A stretch of 63,982 nt of DNA, the filler included, from Raillietiella orientalis (taxonomy: Eukaryota): assembly GCA_036172245.1 (NCBI GenBank). It is 4 parts of 4 records of this genome, joined end to end, with 100 filler letters (N's around TTAATTAATTAA, not from the genome) between each part and the next. Parts side by side here need not be neighbours in the genome. Positions count along the whole stretch, not along the records: positions 1 to 20,403 come from JAYWIR010000235.1; 3 more parts are not named here. One strand, given 5' to 3'. The notes beneath the pieces are model-generated. The model did not search any database, was not told the origin of the DNA, and was given only the letters and a program-made list of their open reading frames with translations. A program made the position numbers and the translations under genes. How positions within the stretch are numbered: the stretch's first letter is position 1; every line of letters begins with the position of its first letter. This document shows, one piece after another, positions 1-10,919 of the stretch.

Positions 1-199
1 CACATATAAAGTAGCGTTCCGCCCGCGCGCCGTCCGATTTCGGCAGCCTGCTCTTCGGAGATGCTGTGAATCCCCTGCAGGAGCGTCAAGTTGAAATCGC
101 GCAGAGCGTGAGCTATTAGTCGCCTCTTCTCGTCGTGTTGGAGCCGTTGACGTTCCAAGACGACACGGCAACACGACGAGAAGACGCGATTGCCCTCAT
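1..199 (-). pseudogene. A1 ORF2 N-terminus, apurinic-like endonuclease (frameshifted)
   Basis: Manual translation MRAIASSRRVAVSSWNVNG / QHDEKRRLIAHALRDFNLTLLQGIH aligns with A2 MRGIAYSGRLSVTSSNVNGLQNDEKRRLVANALRSFDLALLQEIH. There is a 1-nt frameshift after NVNG. Confidence 0.88.
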
Positions 200-204
200 C
201 ACGG

Positions 205-873
205 CTAAGAAAGCGAGGCCGTGGTGCTCGCTTCACCCGGCGATCGGGCAGTAAGCAGCACGACGGGCTGAAGGGCGGGGTCGCCACCGGCCTCCGCCGT
301 GCTGCGCGTAATCGACTGCTTCTCCCCTGGTGAAGAACCTGTGGGTTCCGGGGTGAGCAATCGTCGTTCCTCGGTGAGTGTGTCACGCCTCAGGGCTTCA
401 GCCCCGCGTGCGCTCGCTCTGGCGCGAGTAACTCGTCGTTCAGCGGCGTTATGGGATTCCTTTACGGAGTCTGATGCTCGTGCGATCGAGGTACGCTTGC
501 ATCCGTCCGACTGAACCGGAATGCTCTTCTCGGCGGTAACAGAAGCGGACTTGCACGCGTTCAAGGCGCTGGCTTTTTCCTGGAAAGAGGCAGAAGCCGC
601 GTGTGTTTTCGTATTCGCGCGACTGCTTTTTTCTTTAAAAGAGCTCAAGGATGGATGTTGCGAAGCTTTTTTTGGAGATTTTTCTTTCCTCCTCTCCACA
701 ACCTTCCATTCGCCTTCGCGATTTTCGGAGGCTTCCGCAACAGTGGTTGCGGAAATCTCCTGGATTTGTGCTGCGTTCCCTATGGACGTTGCTCTTCCTA
801 AGCCTTTAAATGGAGGCAGAGGAGTCACCTTCTTGACATTCGGGAGATTGCCCTTCACCTGCCGAGTCGGCGA
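205..873 (-). pseudogene. A1 ORF1 C-terminal low-complexity half
   Basis: ORF 205..858 joins in frame to ORF 5870..6181 (...LHAVAPSPTRQ|VKGNLPN...) once B and one TSD copy are removed. Confidence 0.85.
859..873 (+). repeat. Left copy of 15-bp target-site duplication CTGCCGAGTCGGCGA flanking element B
   Basis: Identical 15-mer at 5915-5929, immediately after B's terminal AAAA. Confidence 0.93.
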
Positions 874-1029
874 ATGTGCTCATGTGTGCCCGGAGAGGGG
901 AAGTTTCCAGACGAAACTACAAAAGAAGCGCCAAGGAGATCGCGGCGGAAGACCTGCAGTGGTCCCGTGCAGCAAGACCAGCTGCCAGGATGCAGGCACC
1001 TGGAGGAGAAGTGGAGAGACCGTCGTCTT

Positions 1030-2270
1030 CCATGGAAGCCATGGAGGTAACGTGAGGCAACGGCGAGGCGGTGGCAGGCATGCCGAGGATCGCGCCCGTG
1101 GCGGGCGTTGCGGCGAAGGCGGCGGCGATGCCAAGGGTCTTGCCCGCGGCAACGACGGCGGAGGTCGTGCCCGCGACGGCGACGCGAAGGTCGTGCCTGC
1201 GGCGGGGAAGGTCGCGCATGCGGCGGCGATGCCGAGGGTGCCGCCCGCGGTTGCAACGGCAGCGGGGTCCCGGGCAGGACCCGCGGGCGTCCACGCGGTT
1301 CAGGGCGAGACGCCATCTTGTTCGGCTGCGGAAACGCAGCCCTTTTCCTATGCGTCGGTGGCGGCTGGACAAGCAAGTGTCCACCCACCAAGAAAATTCG
1401 GGAAGCTGCTATGCGGCAAAGTCCAAAAGGTGGATCGGCCGATCGTGGAGTTAGGGCCGAATGGGAAGCCCATCATTTTCAAGACTGGGCTGATCAAGTT
1501 CAGTAATGTCAGGGAGGTGTATCTGTCCCTCGATAAAACCACTATCAATTTTTATGCAATACAGACGATCATACCGGCAAATAACGGTTCACAGTCTTCA
1601 CATACTGTGAAAACATTAGAGAACGATTCATCCAGAAGGGGATCAATATACAAGGGAGAATGGTTTGGGGTATTGGCGAAATGCCATACACAACCGTCTT
1701 TCTGAACGGCATCTCCATCCTCACACCGCAACTAACAATGTGAAACTTTTTCGAGCAGTATGGGGAAGTTCTGGACCTTGAATGACAGAACTTCTCTGGA
1801 AATATATTTTCTGGCGACATGATTGCCAAAATGAAGTTGAAAGAGGGAGCTGTGATCTCTGGATTACCCGTTCTTGACGAACAATCCCAGGGAGTGAACG
1901 TGCGTTACCGGCAACAACCGATATTCTGCACCGGGTTCAAGCCGTTCGGCCACAGGGCAGGCGCTTGCGCAACGTGTCGTTGTTTCCCCTGCGGCAAGGT
2001 AGGACATCATGTCCGAAACTGCCCGCAGCCGAAGGAGTGCTCCTTCTGCAAGAAACACGGACATGCCAAATGGAGCTGTCCGGAGTTTGCAAGCTACAAA
2101 AGGATTCGCGGTCTCTCTCCCGTGAGAGAGAGAAAGACTAAGGAAGCGGATCAGCCTCAGAAGTTGCAGAAAGGCCGAAGAAGGTGAAGGAAGCCGTCCA
2201 GGTATCGTCGGACGGCTTCATTGAGGTAGGAAAGAAAGAAAAGAGGAGGATGCTCGTCAAAGAGCAAGAA
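1030..2270 (+). pseudogene. B ORF1 (gag-like nucleic-acid-binding protein), disrupted
   Basis: Ala-rich repetitive N-terminus, SYASVAAG motif, and knuckles CTGFKPFGHRAGAC, CFPCGKVGHHVRNC and CSFCKKHGHAKWSC (ORF 1819..2187). Start position uncertain. Confidence 0.82.
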
Positions 2271-2289
2271 ACCCCTCTCATCCTATTCT

Positions 2290-5200
2290 AGGACATCGCC
2301 TCCTAGAATGTTAACGGTGTGGTCGACCAAAGAAAAAGAAAAAAGATTGTGCGGACCGTCGCACAACAAGACATAGTGTGCCTGCAGAAGACCCACAAGA
2401 AGGGTCTCGAGAATAGTCAGCACATGGAACGGCGATTCAACGTGCAGATGTTCGTCAGCGAGGGAGAACGGAACAAGCAGGGTGTGGCGATCCTATTCAA
2501 GAACCACTTGGCCTCCACTATTCTAGCAGTGTTCTGTCCTCAACCACGACGAATAATCGGCGTGCGACTGGCCTGGTCCGCTACCGTTCACCTCATCCTG
2601 GTAAACGTGTAAGGGCCGCACTGGCTGAAACAACGTTGTGCTTTGGCGCTGCATGCAGCCCTCCGTGAGAAGGTTGCATCCAAGGACGTCGTGATTCTTG
2701 CTGGTAATGTTGACCTATTGGATGGGATCACCCACTCCAAAGACGCCAGAGGAAGGACGGCGTATCGGCGACTATCCTAAGAGTTCGAACTGGTGTGGCG
2801 AACTGGTAGTCACAAGCTGACCGATCACGTCCTGCACAGCACCGAACTTTAGAATCGCATCCAGGGTTTTCGAGACATTATGACCAGGGTGTCCAATCAT
2901 CCCCTGATGCGGTTTCCCCTAAGAACGGAGAATCCTCAGCGGATTCAAGGCACCAGGGCGGCGCTCATCAGGATGCTCGCCTCGTTCGAAACCCATCCCG
3001 GACATCAGGCTGTCCTGGAGGCGATTCTGAGGGCAACAACAATCCGAAGAGTCGCATACTGGGACAGCCTGAAACACAGGATACATCTGTTTGCAAACAT
3101 GCAGTTCGGTGATAAGCTCTTGAGGCAGGAGGCGTACCGGGAGCTGAAAATCCAAGATCGCTCACTCTTAAAGTACTTCGATCATTACGAAAGTCGGTAC
3201 GTCTTCAAGAACAGAACAGGGGAAGTTGGAGTGCTGGAAAAGAGAAATCAGGCAACAGATATCTTCTGCATCCAGTACGACGGTCAAAAGCGACAGTCGT
3301 CTGAGGATATCGTCGATGCCTTTCGCAGGCATCACACGAAACACTTGAGGCGACAACATGTGTGTCGCTCTAGTCAGCAGGCCTTCTTGAGCTATCTCGA
3401 GAAGAGGACCGACGACCTCCAGCGAAACAGACTGGAGGAGGAATTCTCCGAAGACGAGGTGAAGACATCGTTTATTGAACTACGCAAGGGCGTGACAGCG
3501 GGCCCTGACAGCGTACCCATCACTCACTATCAGCGATACCTGCATGCCTACCTGCGTTTGTTCCACCAGTTGACCCACTGCATCCGCGAAGAAGGAAGAC
3601 TTCCACATTCCTCCTAGGAGAGAGGTATGAGATTGTTGCCAAAAGGGAGCGGCCTCGATCAGGTCGCTCAATGGAGGCCAATCTCGATCCAGAACTCGGA
3701 TGATAAGTGGTTGGCGAAGATCTGGACCAACCGCTTAGGCAAGGTCATGTGGACGCTCATCTCTCCGGTGAAAACGTGTGCAGTCTCTGGACGTCACATT
3801 TCGAACAATGTCAAGTGTGCCCAGGCCACCGTCGGTCTCAGCCGACACGTCGGCGAGAACCTGGGGCTGGTGTTCACTCACATGGAGAAGGCTTTCTACT
3901 CTATCGACCATGGGATGCTGCTGAAAATTCTGGAGAAGCTAGGCCTTTCGGAACGCTTCAGCAACTTCGAGAGAGTGGTACTCCAGATCCAGTACTGCCG
4001 AATCAAAAGCAACGGCCAGAAGACGGCAGCAATCCGGATGGAACGGGAGACCGGCACGGCGACTCGCTAAGTACGATGCTGTTCGTCTTCCACATGGAGG
4101 CGTTGTCGTCCTTTATCTAGAAGAACGGACGACTGCAAGGCATAACAATCGATGGTCAGCGTCTTACCAATCTGGCATACGCTGATGATCTACTCTTTTT
4201 TATCAAGGGAGAGAGAAATCAACCAGCGTTTCTGGATGTGGTAGACCTGATGGATCAAGGCCTGGGCCTGAAGATCGACGCCCAGAGAAGCCAGCTCTTG
4301 CTTGGTAGAATCCTTGATCTCACTGCTCTAGCGGGGACAGGATTCCGAACGGTGGACAAGGCCGAGTACCTGGGTGTCTACATTGGCGACGTTTCCGCGT
4401 CGAAGCTATTGTGGACCGAGATCCTAGGGAAAACGGCCATGGAAGCAGCCATGTACACCCGAACGGATCTTTCTATGAAGCGAAAGGCCAATATGTGGAA
4501 CGAAGTACTCCTTCCAAAAGTGCTCTTCAAAGCGGCCTTCGCGAGGATCAACACGGACAGCACGAGGAAGTTCGAAAAGCTGCAACGCAAAACACTGTGG
4601 AACCACTACCGCCCAAGAGTATGTCTCAAACCCCTGTGTCGTCCCAGGGAAGAAGGCGGTTCCGGGATGAAGTCGCTTGAACACTGCATGGAAATCATGG
4701 ATTCGCGACACTTCCTGGACATGGCCACTCACTGGGATGACTAACCGTACGCGGCGCACAGAGCCTACGCGTTGTTGTTAAACAACTCAAAAGGCCTGAT
4801 GACTGCGCTGCTAGGCCGGGCAGGCGAATGGAAAAAAATCGACCCAACCTGGACGAGGAAGCAACGGCTAAAGGGAAAGCACCAAATCAAAATCGTGCCG
4901 AGAAGTAGGGAACTCTGGCAGGACGAGTCCATCCTGGTGATACCTTGGATGCTTCCTGTCCCGCCTGACACGAGAAGCTCGATCCACCAGCGGTGCAGAG
5001 TTACCGTTCAACGAATCCAGGAGTGGAGGCGAGGAGGCTACCTACATCACACTCGTATACTTCAATATATAAAGATGATATCAGCAAAGTTTACCTATAT
5101 GACTCGCGAAGTGTGTTTCAACCTCAACTACTTTGCGTGGTCCATGGTAACAAAAACAAACCTCCGAAGACTAATTCAAGAAGAAAACCGTGATATCAGT

Positions 5201-5720
5201 GCTCTCCAGGAAGCCGTTGATCGCTACGGGAGTGACCGGATCAACCTGTTAGCGATCGGAACTACGCTCTGGAGGAGGGACCTTCCGCCGGGCACCCAGG
5301 ATGACCTCCTGATGTTTTATCATGGTGGAATCCAGAGAGGGTCCCGATTGCAGCACTACACCGGAAGAAGGTAAGATCGAGACTGCACAGCATGTGGATA
5401 CATCGACACGAGTGTTCACGTCTTGACGTGTCCCACATTGCTGCATAACTGGCTGATCCTGAAAAGGATCATCGGACTTACGAACAGTTCCGCAATGGAG
5501 ATCCTCGCCGGGATGTTTCAGGGGGGTGGTAATGTTCCCTGTTACAATCCCGTGGTGAGGACGACCATCGCCCTCTTCATCACCGCCATACTCGTGCGGT
5601 GGTAAAGTATGAGGAAAGGCAGGAAAGCCGCACCATTGATGGAGATCCTACAAGGGCTTCTGAAGAGGGAAATTGGCATTAGAAACTGTGGGAAAATCCA
5701 TGACTGGACGTACCGATTCA
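2290..5720 (+). pseudogene. B ORF2 (APE endonuclease - reverse transcriptase - zinc finger), disrupted
   Basis: S*NVNG (~2301), DIVCLQKTH, GVAILFK, AGPDSVP, LLPKG..WRPISIQNSDDK, MEKAFYSIDH, GDSLS, YADD (4178-4189), YLGVYI, LCRPREEGGSG, and CTAC near 5385. Confidence 0.92.
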
Positions 5721-5914
5721 TCCTGAAGAGGATAGAAGACGACGCCCGGGGCCAAACAGCAGGAAACCCACCATGAGTGCATAACTTGGGAACTCATGAA
5801 ATTCAGAGTGGTAAAAACAGTGCAAATGGTATGAATGAGACTGTAGTGTGAATGTTTTTGTAGAGAAATTTAACAAAAATAAATTAACCCCACCCCTCGT
5901 GGGACTAGGGAAAA

Positions 5915-5929
5915 CTGCCGAGTCGGCGA
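5915..5929 (+). repeat. Right copy of the 15-bp TSD of element B
   Basis: CTGCCGAGTCGGCGA, identical to 859-873. Confidence 0.93.
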
Positions 5930-7157
5930 TGGGGCGACTGCATGCAGCGTGGTTTTGCTCTTCGCGACTCTGCTTTTTAAGGCTTTCGTAGCCTTTGCAG
6001 AGGGGCCTGCGCTGCAGTGGGGCTGTCCGAAACTCGGAAGGGAGAACGGAACGGGGCAAGAAGTCTTCGCACTGTTGCGATCTTCCTGTTTTCCTACCTT
6101 TCCCTGCAGGTTGTTACGGAGATTTCCTTGTTCCTGGCTCAAGAGGTGCCTGCGAGTTCGGCAGGAGGGAGGGCACGGCACGCGTCAAACCCTCGCGCCC
6201 CTTTTTAATTGGCTTCCCCGTTGTGACTTTCCCCTTTCGGGGCGTTGCGGGCGGGGATGCTTTCTTTTCATCCGCGGATCGCTCGTGGTTTTTTGGGAGT
6301 TTTTGCGGACGACGTTCTTTATTTGCCGCTGCGGCTTTTCGTGCAGTGGTCTCTTGAACCCGACGAATTTCCGCTGCGGCTCTTTTTCTTTCAAGTACCG
6401 GGCATTTTTTGATTTCGTTTCCGGAATCTTTGCAATAGCGGCATCTTGGAGAGGGGCACTCGTTAATTCGGTGCCCATCCTTGCCGCACTGCTCGCACGC
6501 GCGAGTCTGGCCTATGAACCACAGGTGAACGACCGTGCCGTTCACCTGCAGCTGCTCAGGCACAACACGCCTGTTCGCGACGGTGATCCGCGCGGAGGCT
6601 TGTCCAATGTGGACAGAGGGGAAATCCTTTAGAGGATTTGGCCTCCTCCACAGAGCGTGCACGGTGGCGAACTTCGCCAGCACACTTACGGCATCGCGGT
6701 CGGAGATTTCCGGTTCGATGTCGCACAATTGAACGACAAAAGAGTCGTCCATCGCGGTAGGTAGGACTTCCTTGCCATTGATGGTCAACGGCGTACGGAG
6801 AAGGCGCTGCACAAGTGCTGCGTTCTTGCACCGAATCTTCGTATATTCCATCCTGCCAGCAGGCATTATGGCAAGGAGTTCCTCCTCGCGAACGCCTATC
6901 CGGACGAGCTCATCATTGAGCTCACGACCGATTCTCCCGTTAAGTGGCCCACTGACCTTATAACGGAGTGCAGGCATGTATCCTGATGACACATATGCCT
7001 GGAACTCCGCATCGCAGGGTCCTGGTTTTTGGGAGGTAACGACGGCCTAACTCCTCACCGGGGGCGAGGCAACCATTACGGAGGATGCGGCCACTTCAAG
7101 TGCAGCTGAAGTGCATCCAGTGGCTTGCTCCTCCACACTATCCTGTGTACTGGCCAT
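5930..7157 (-). pseudogene. A1 ORF1 N-terminal half with two zinc knuckles
   Basis: ATG at 7157 (MASTQDSV...), one internal TAG, then ORF 6114..6992 with CEQCGKDGHRINEC and CRYCKDSGNEIKKC. A frameshift lies near 6150. Confidence 0.88.
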
Positions 7158-7270
7158 GTTGCACTATGCTACTTGGCAGATTGCACAGGAACACACAAGT
7201 GCGAGCAAAAACGCAGGCACAAAGTTGCCCGATCGTTGGCGCGGATAGACGCGGAAACACGTCTGCACTG

Positions 7271-10200
7271 TACGAGCGCGGGAGATCAAACGCATCTCCG
7301 GAGGGCGGCTGTGGTATCGGTGTGGAACATCGAGAAAATGTGGTGTCGCCTACCTGCTAGGGTCCGCAATCGAGGCCGCCGCCCATTAAGTGCGGTACGA
7401 CGATCACGGTCGTTTCGGCTAGCTTACTCTCAGCTGGTCCGTCTCGATCGTCCTGATCGTTACGAACCTTTATGCAACGAGCGGAGCGGACCTGACAAAC
7501 AGGGGTTCCAGGAAAGAATTTTTCCTTGCCCTCCATCGCGACTGGTTGACCGAGGCAGGCGTGCGGAATGCCCATCTGTTTCCAGGCGATTTTAACGTTC
7601 GTCTGAAACCGGATGGGCCGAATCACGAGCGTGACCTGGTCAACTAGGTGTGCGCGTCGGTGCACACTTGTAATTTGTTGGCCAGTGTACCAGGGATGGA
7701 GGACAACATCGATCACGTGTTCCTTGACGAGCACCTGTGCACTTGTGTGGGCAGGCGCTGCAAGTTGCCGTGCGAGTTGTCCCACCTTCGCCCAATCGTC
7801 TTTAAAATCCATCCGCGCGACAGGGGCCCCCCCCCGTTAACGTGGCGTTTGCCAGGGGACTGGCTGAAGCTCCCGGACGCGACGGAACATCTCCGAACGT
7901 TTATACGGAGCTTTAGGATGCAGACACTTCAGGATTGGGTCCGCTTTAAACGGTCGGTCCAGGAGTTCTTCGACCAGTTCCCTCTGCACCGCCTACCTGC
8001 GGGATTTGGGAACGGGGTACGTAACGAACGAGCCTATCTGCAGGCTCGCCGTTACGCCAGGACCCCCGACATCCGCAGGCTGGCGGAATACAAAGCGGGA
8101 GCCGAGAAGAAAGCCTGGCAGTCAGGATCGGCCAGATTGCTGGACGATCAGGGCCAGGAGCATTCGGCACCCGCTCAGATCCGCGGTCTGCTGCGGCGCT
8201 TTTACTCCTCCCTGTACGCAAGAACGCCTCCCGAGCGGGATTTCTCACGAATCCTGCTTCCGGAAGGCGCTCCTGCGGTCGGGGAAGAGGAGAAAAAGTC
8301 CCTCGACGAGTCTTTCACGATGGGCGAGATCATGTCGGCCATCGGAAAGCTCACGAGGCGAAAGGCTCCAGGGGAGGACGGCCTGTCCGCGGAGTTTTAT
8401 CAAAATTTCGCCGCTGAGCTAACCCCCCTGGTACATCAACTCACCTTGCTGATAAGCGAGACAGGTGACGTTCCCGCCTCGTTTCGTTCGGCAAAGGTGC
8501 GGCTTCTCCCTAAGGGAGGAGATCCGAGGAGCATGAACAACTGGCGTCCCATCACAATAGTGGATGCGGATGCCAAGTAAAAAGCTAAGGTTTGGGCTGA
8601 ACGCCTGCGACGGGTCGCAAACGCCTTCATCAGCCCGGAACAGACGCATGCTGTTCCGGAGCGAAGCATGAAGGCGAACCTGTTCCACGCTTCCACCTGG
8701 ATAGAGCTCCAACACGAAAGAAGCTTCATGCGCACCAAGAATCCCTGTGAGTCCGTGAGCCATGCGACGGATGGTCGGATGGGGTAGAGAGCACTTGCGG
8801 TCGCTGTCGACTTGGGTAAAGCATTCCACAGCGTTGACCAGAATCTCCTGCTGGAGCTTTTGGAACGCTTGGGCTTCCCGACCTCATTATTGGCCTATCT
8901 GCGCTCTAGCTGGCGCGATTCGCAAATCAATGTTACTTTCAGCGGGCATACTGTTCACGGCGTGCCAATGCGATGTGAGATCCGGCAGGGAGACAGCCTG
9001 AGACCCTTGCTTTTCAGTACCTACTTTGAGTTGGAGCGTACAGGGAAACTCTTGGCGCACCTGCCGCATGAATGCGCCGGAACGCTTGCGGTTTCAGCAT
9101 ATGCGGACGACCTCCTGCTACTGCTCCCTATGTCCATCCAGGCTTCTGCGGTCGAGAAGTTCTTAAACCTGCTGAATCGAGCAACCGGGCTTACGGTGAA
9201 CAAGGCGAAGTCGTCCGTGATGCCAGTTGGTGCGGCGTAGGCTGGGCAGCAGGACTGGGTACGATTGGGGATCCCCACGGTGAGGTACTTCAAGTACCTT
9301 GGTGTGCCGTAGGAGGACTACTCCACTGCGGAAGCGTGGTCCGGCTGCCTTCAAAAAGTAGAGACGGCTATCGGCCCGTTCCGAGGCGTCTGGTTTTTCC
9401 TGCCTGAACGGGCCGCGGTTTGGAACATGTTCGCGGCTCCTCTTCTCCACTCCCTGCTTTTTGTTTGCCCCCCCACAGAGAGGATCAAAAAGTAGACGAA
9501 GGACCTCCTCCGTATCGCCCTTTGGGGCAACAAGAGATCCCGACTCCACTTAAAGGACTTGTGCGCCCCAAGTCGGGACGGTGGTCTCGGCTTCCTGACA
9601 TTGAAGCGGCTTGTGCTGCAGCTCCAGTTCCGGATTTTGGCATTTGTGCCGAAGTTGTGGTGCACCTGTTGATGCGTCCCTGCACGTCTCCTCCTTCAAC
9701 AAGCCACCTGCAAGACGGGACTTACGTCGTTTCTTGCACTCCTTCGAAACCGCATCAACCGATGTAAGCTTCAGCTACGGAGGGTGGCTGCGCTGGCAAG
9801 GAAAAATCAAGGATGGATCACCTGTAACCCCGCGAACGGTAGTGCCTGGTTGCAGGAATCCGTTCGCAAGTGGAGACAGTTCGGCATGCAACCCTCTTAA
9901 CAGGAACGAAGGTCCCTGTTTGGGTGTCACAGAAGTTGCACGCTCCGTGAGATCCTTAAGGATCCTAAGAAGAGAGCGTGGTCAGGAAGAACCCCCCTCG
10001 CTGCTACGCTGGACTCCCTAGTGGAATATCAGGACAGCGACGTTGCGGCGAAGTGGGAAGTTACAATAAAAATCTCCGGGAAGGAGAAGAAGCAGAGAGA
10101 TTGGAATACGGGCCAGCTAACTGATGCTGCGACCCCGAGTACGCCTCCTAATGGACTTCTGCGCTGGAGAGAGCTGCAGGATGTTCCCATTGAACATCTG

Positions 10201-10919
10201 AATTGGCCCCCGATTCTTATGAACACTTCCATTCTCCCCCTAAAATGGCAGGAGTCGGCATTCCTGTTGCAGCACTGGGGACTCCCCTGCAACGCCCGTC
10301 GACACCACTGGACCTGGGGAGCGGTGGATCCCAATTGTATAAGGTGCGGGGAACGGGAGTCCCTCTCCTACCTCCTAGTGGATTGTGTTGCCCTTCAGCC
10401 CCTTTGGTTCCGCTTTGCCGCGGCCATCGGTATCCCTTGCAGTAACCCCAGGGACGCAGTAAAAGCTTTCTTCGTTGCCGACGCCCTGCGGCCAGCGTCC
10501 TCGATAGCAGCCTTGTGCTGCCTTCGTGGGATCGTCGCCGCCTGGAGCACAGCGACGGAAGGACCTAGCGATCAGGAAGCCATCCAGTGCGCCTCCGAAT
10601 TCCAGAGGAGGGAGTCGCGATGGACCCACCTGAATGTTCACAACAAACAAGAGCTTGCCAGCATCCTGAGAGGGATGATGCGGCCCCAGCAGCAACAGTG
10701 ATCCCTTCCCGTTTCCTCCCACCCTTTGTTTTTTTTTGTTTAGTTTTTTTGTTTTTCTTCTTTCCCCTGCTGCCTTGGTGGACCGTACCGGTCTAGAAAC
10801 CGGTGAATTGGCAGGCGCCGTGGTTCTTAGCTTCTGGCTGGAGCATTACTACAGCCATTAATAATTTGTTTACAAAGTTTATTTTTTTAATAAACGACCC
10901 GGAAAAATCCGGGTAAAAA
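7271..10919 (+). mobile_element. Non-LTR retrotransposon copy C: ORF2 from within APE through RT and zinc finger, plus 3'UTR and A-tail; disrupted
   Basis: CGVAYLL, VTNLYA, GDFNV, IDHVF, KAPGEDG, LLPKGGDPRSMNNWRPITI, DLGKAFHSVD, IRQGDSL, YADD (9100-9111), FKYLG, CIRCGERESLSYLLVDC. Stop at 10701, T-rich UTR, AATAAA at 10889, AAAAA at 10915-10919. Confidence 0.93.

Larger units (their letters stand above)
874..5914 (+). mobile_element. Non-LTR retrotransposon copy B (L1/Tx1-like, distinct family), near full length, inactivated
   Basis: ORF1 with three zinc knuckles, then APE, RT and a C-terminal Cys/His motif. AATAAA near 5878, terminal AAAA at 5911-5914, flanked by a 15-bp TSD. Many stops and frameshifts. 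Confidence 0.93.
1..7270 (-). mobile_element. Non-LTR retrotransposon copy A1 (L1/Tx1-like), 5' part (5'UTR, ORF1, start of ORF2), split by insertion B at 874-5914; runs off the window start
   Basis: ORF1 N-terminal half (7157->5930) is homologous to A2 ORF1 (PALRYKVSG...LLRTPL...MDDSFV). The C-terminal half (858->205) ends PALQPVVLL like A2 RPLQPVVLL. APE start follows at 199. The 5' boundary is approximate. Confidence 0.9.

Noticed and set aside
521..1705. 394-aa ORF as a standalone gene
   Set aside because: Chimeric read-through from antisense A1 across the TSD into B; only the distal part is B ORF1.
2290..10700. RIP-like mutation (TGG>TAG, CAR>TAR stops)
   Set aside because: These are the ordinary transition routes to stop codons; the elements remain GC-rich with abundant CpA and CpG.
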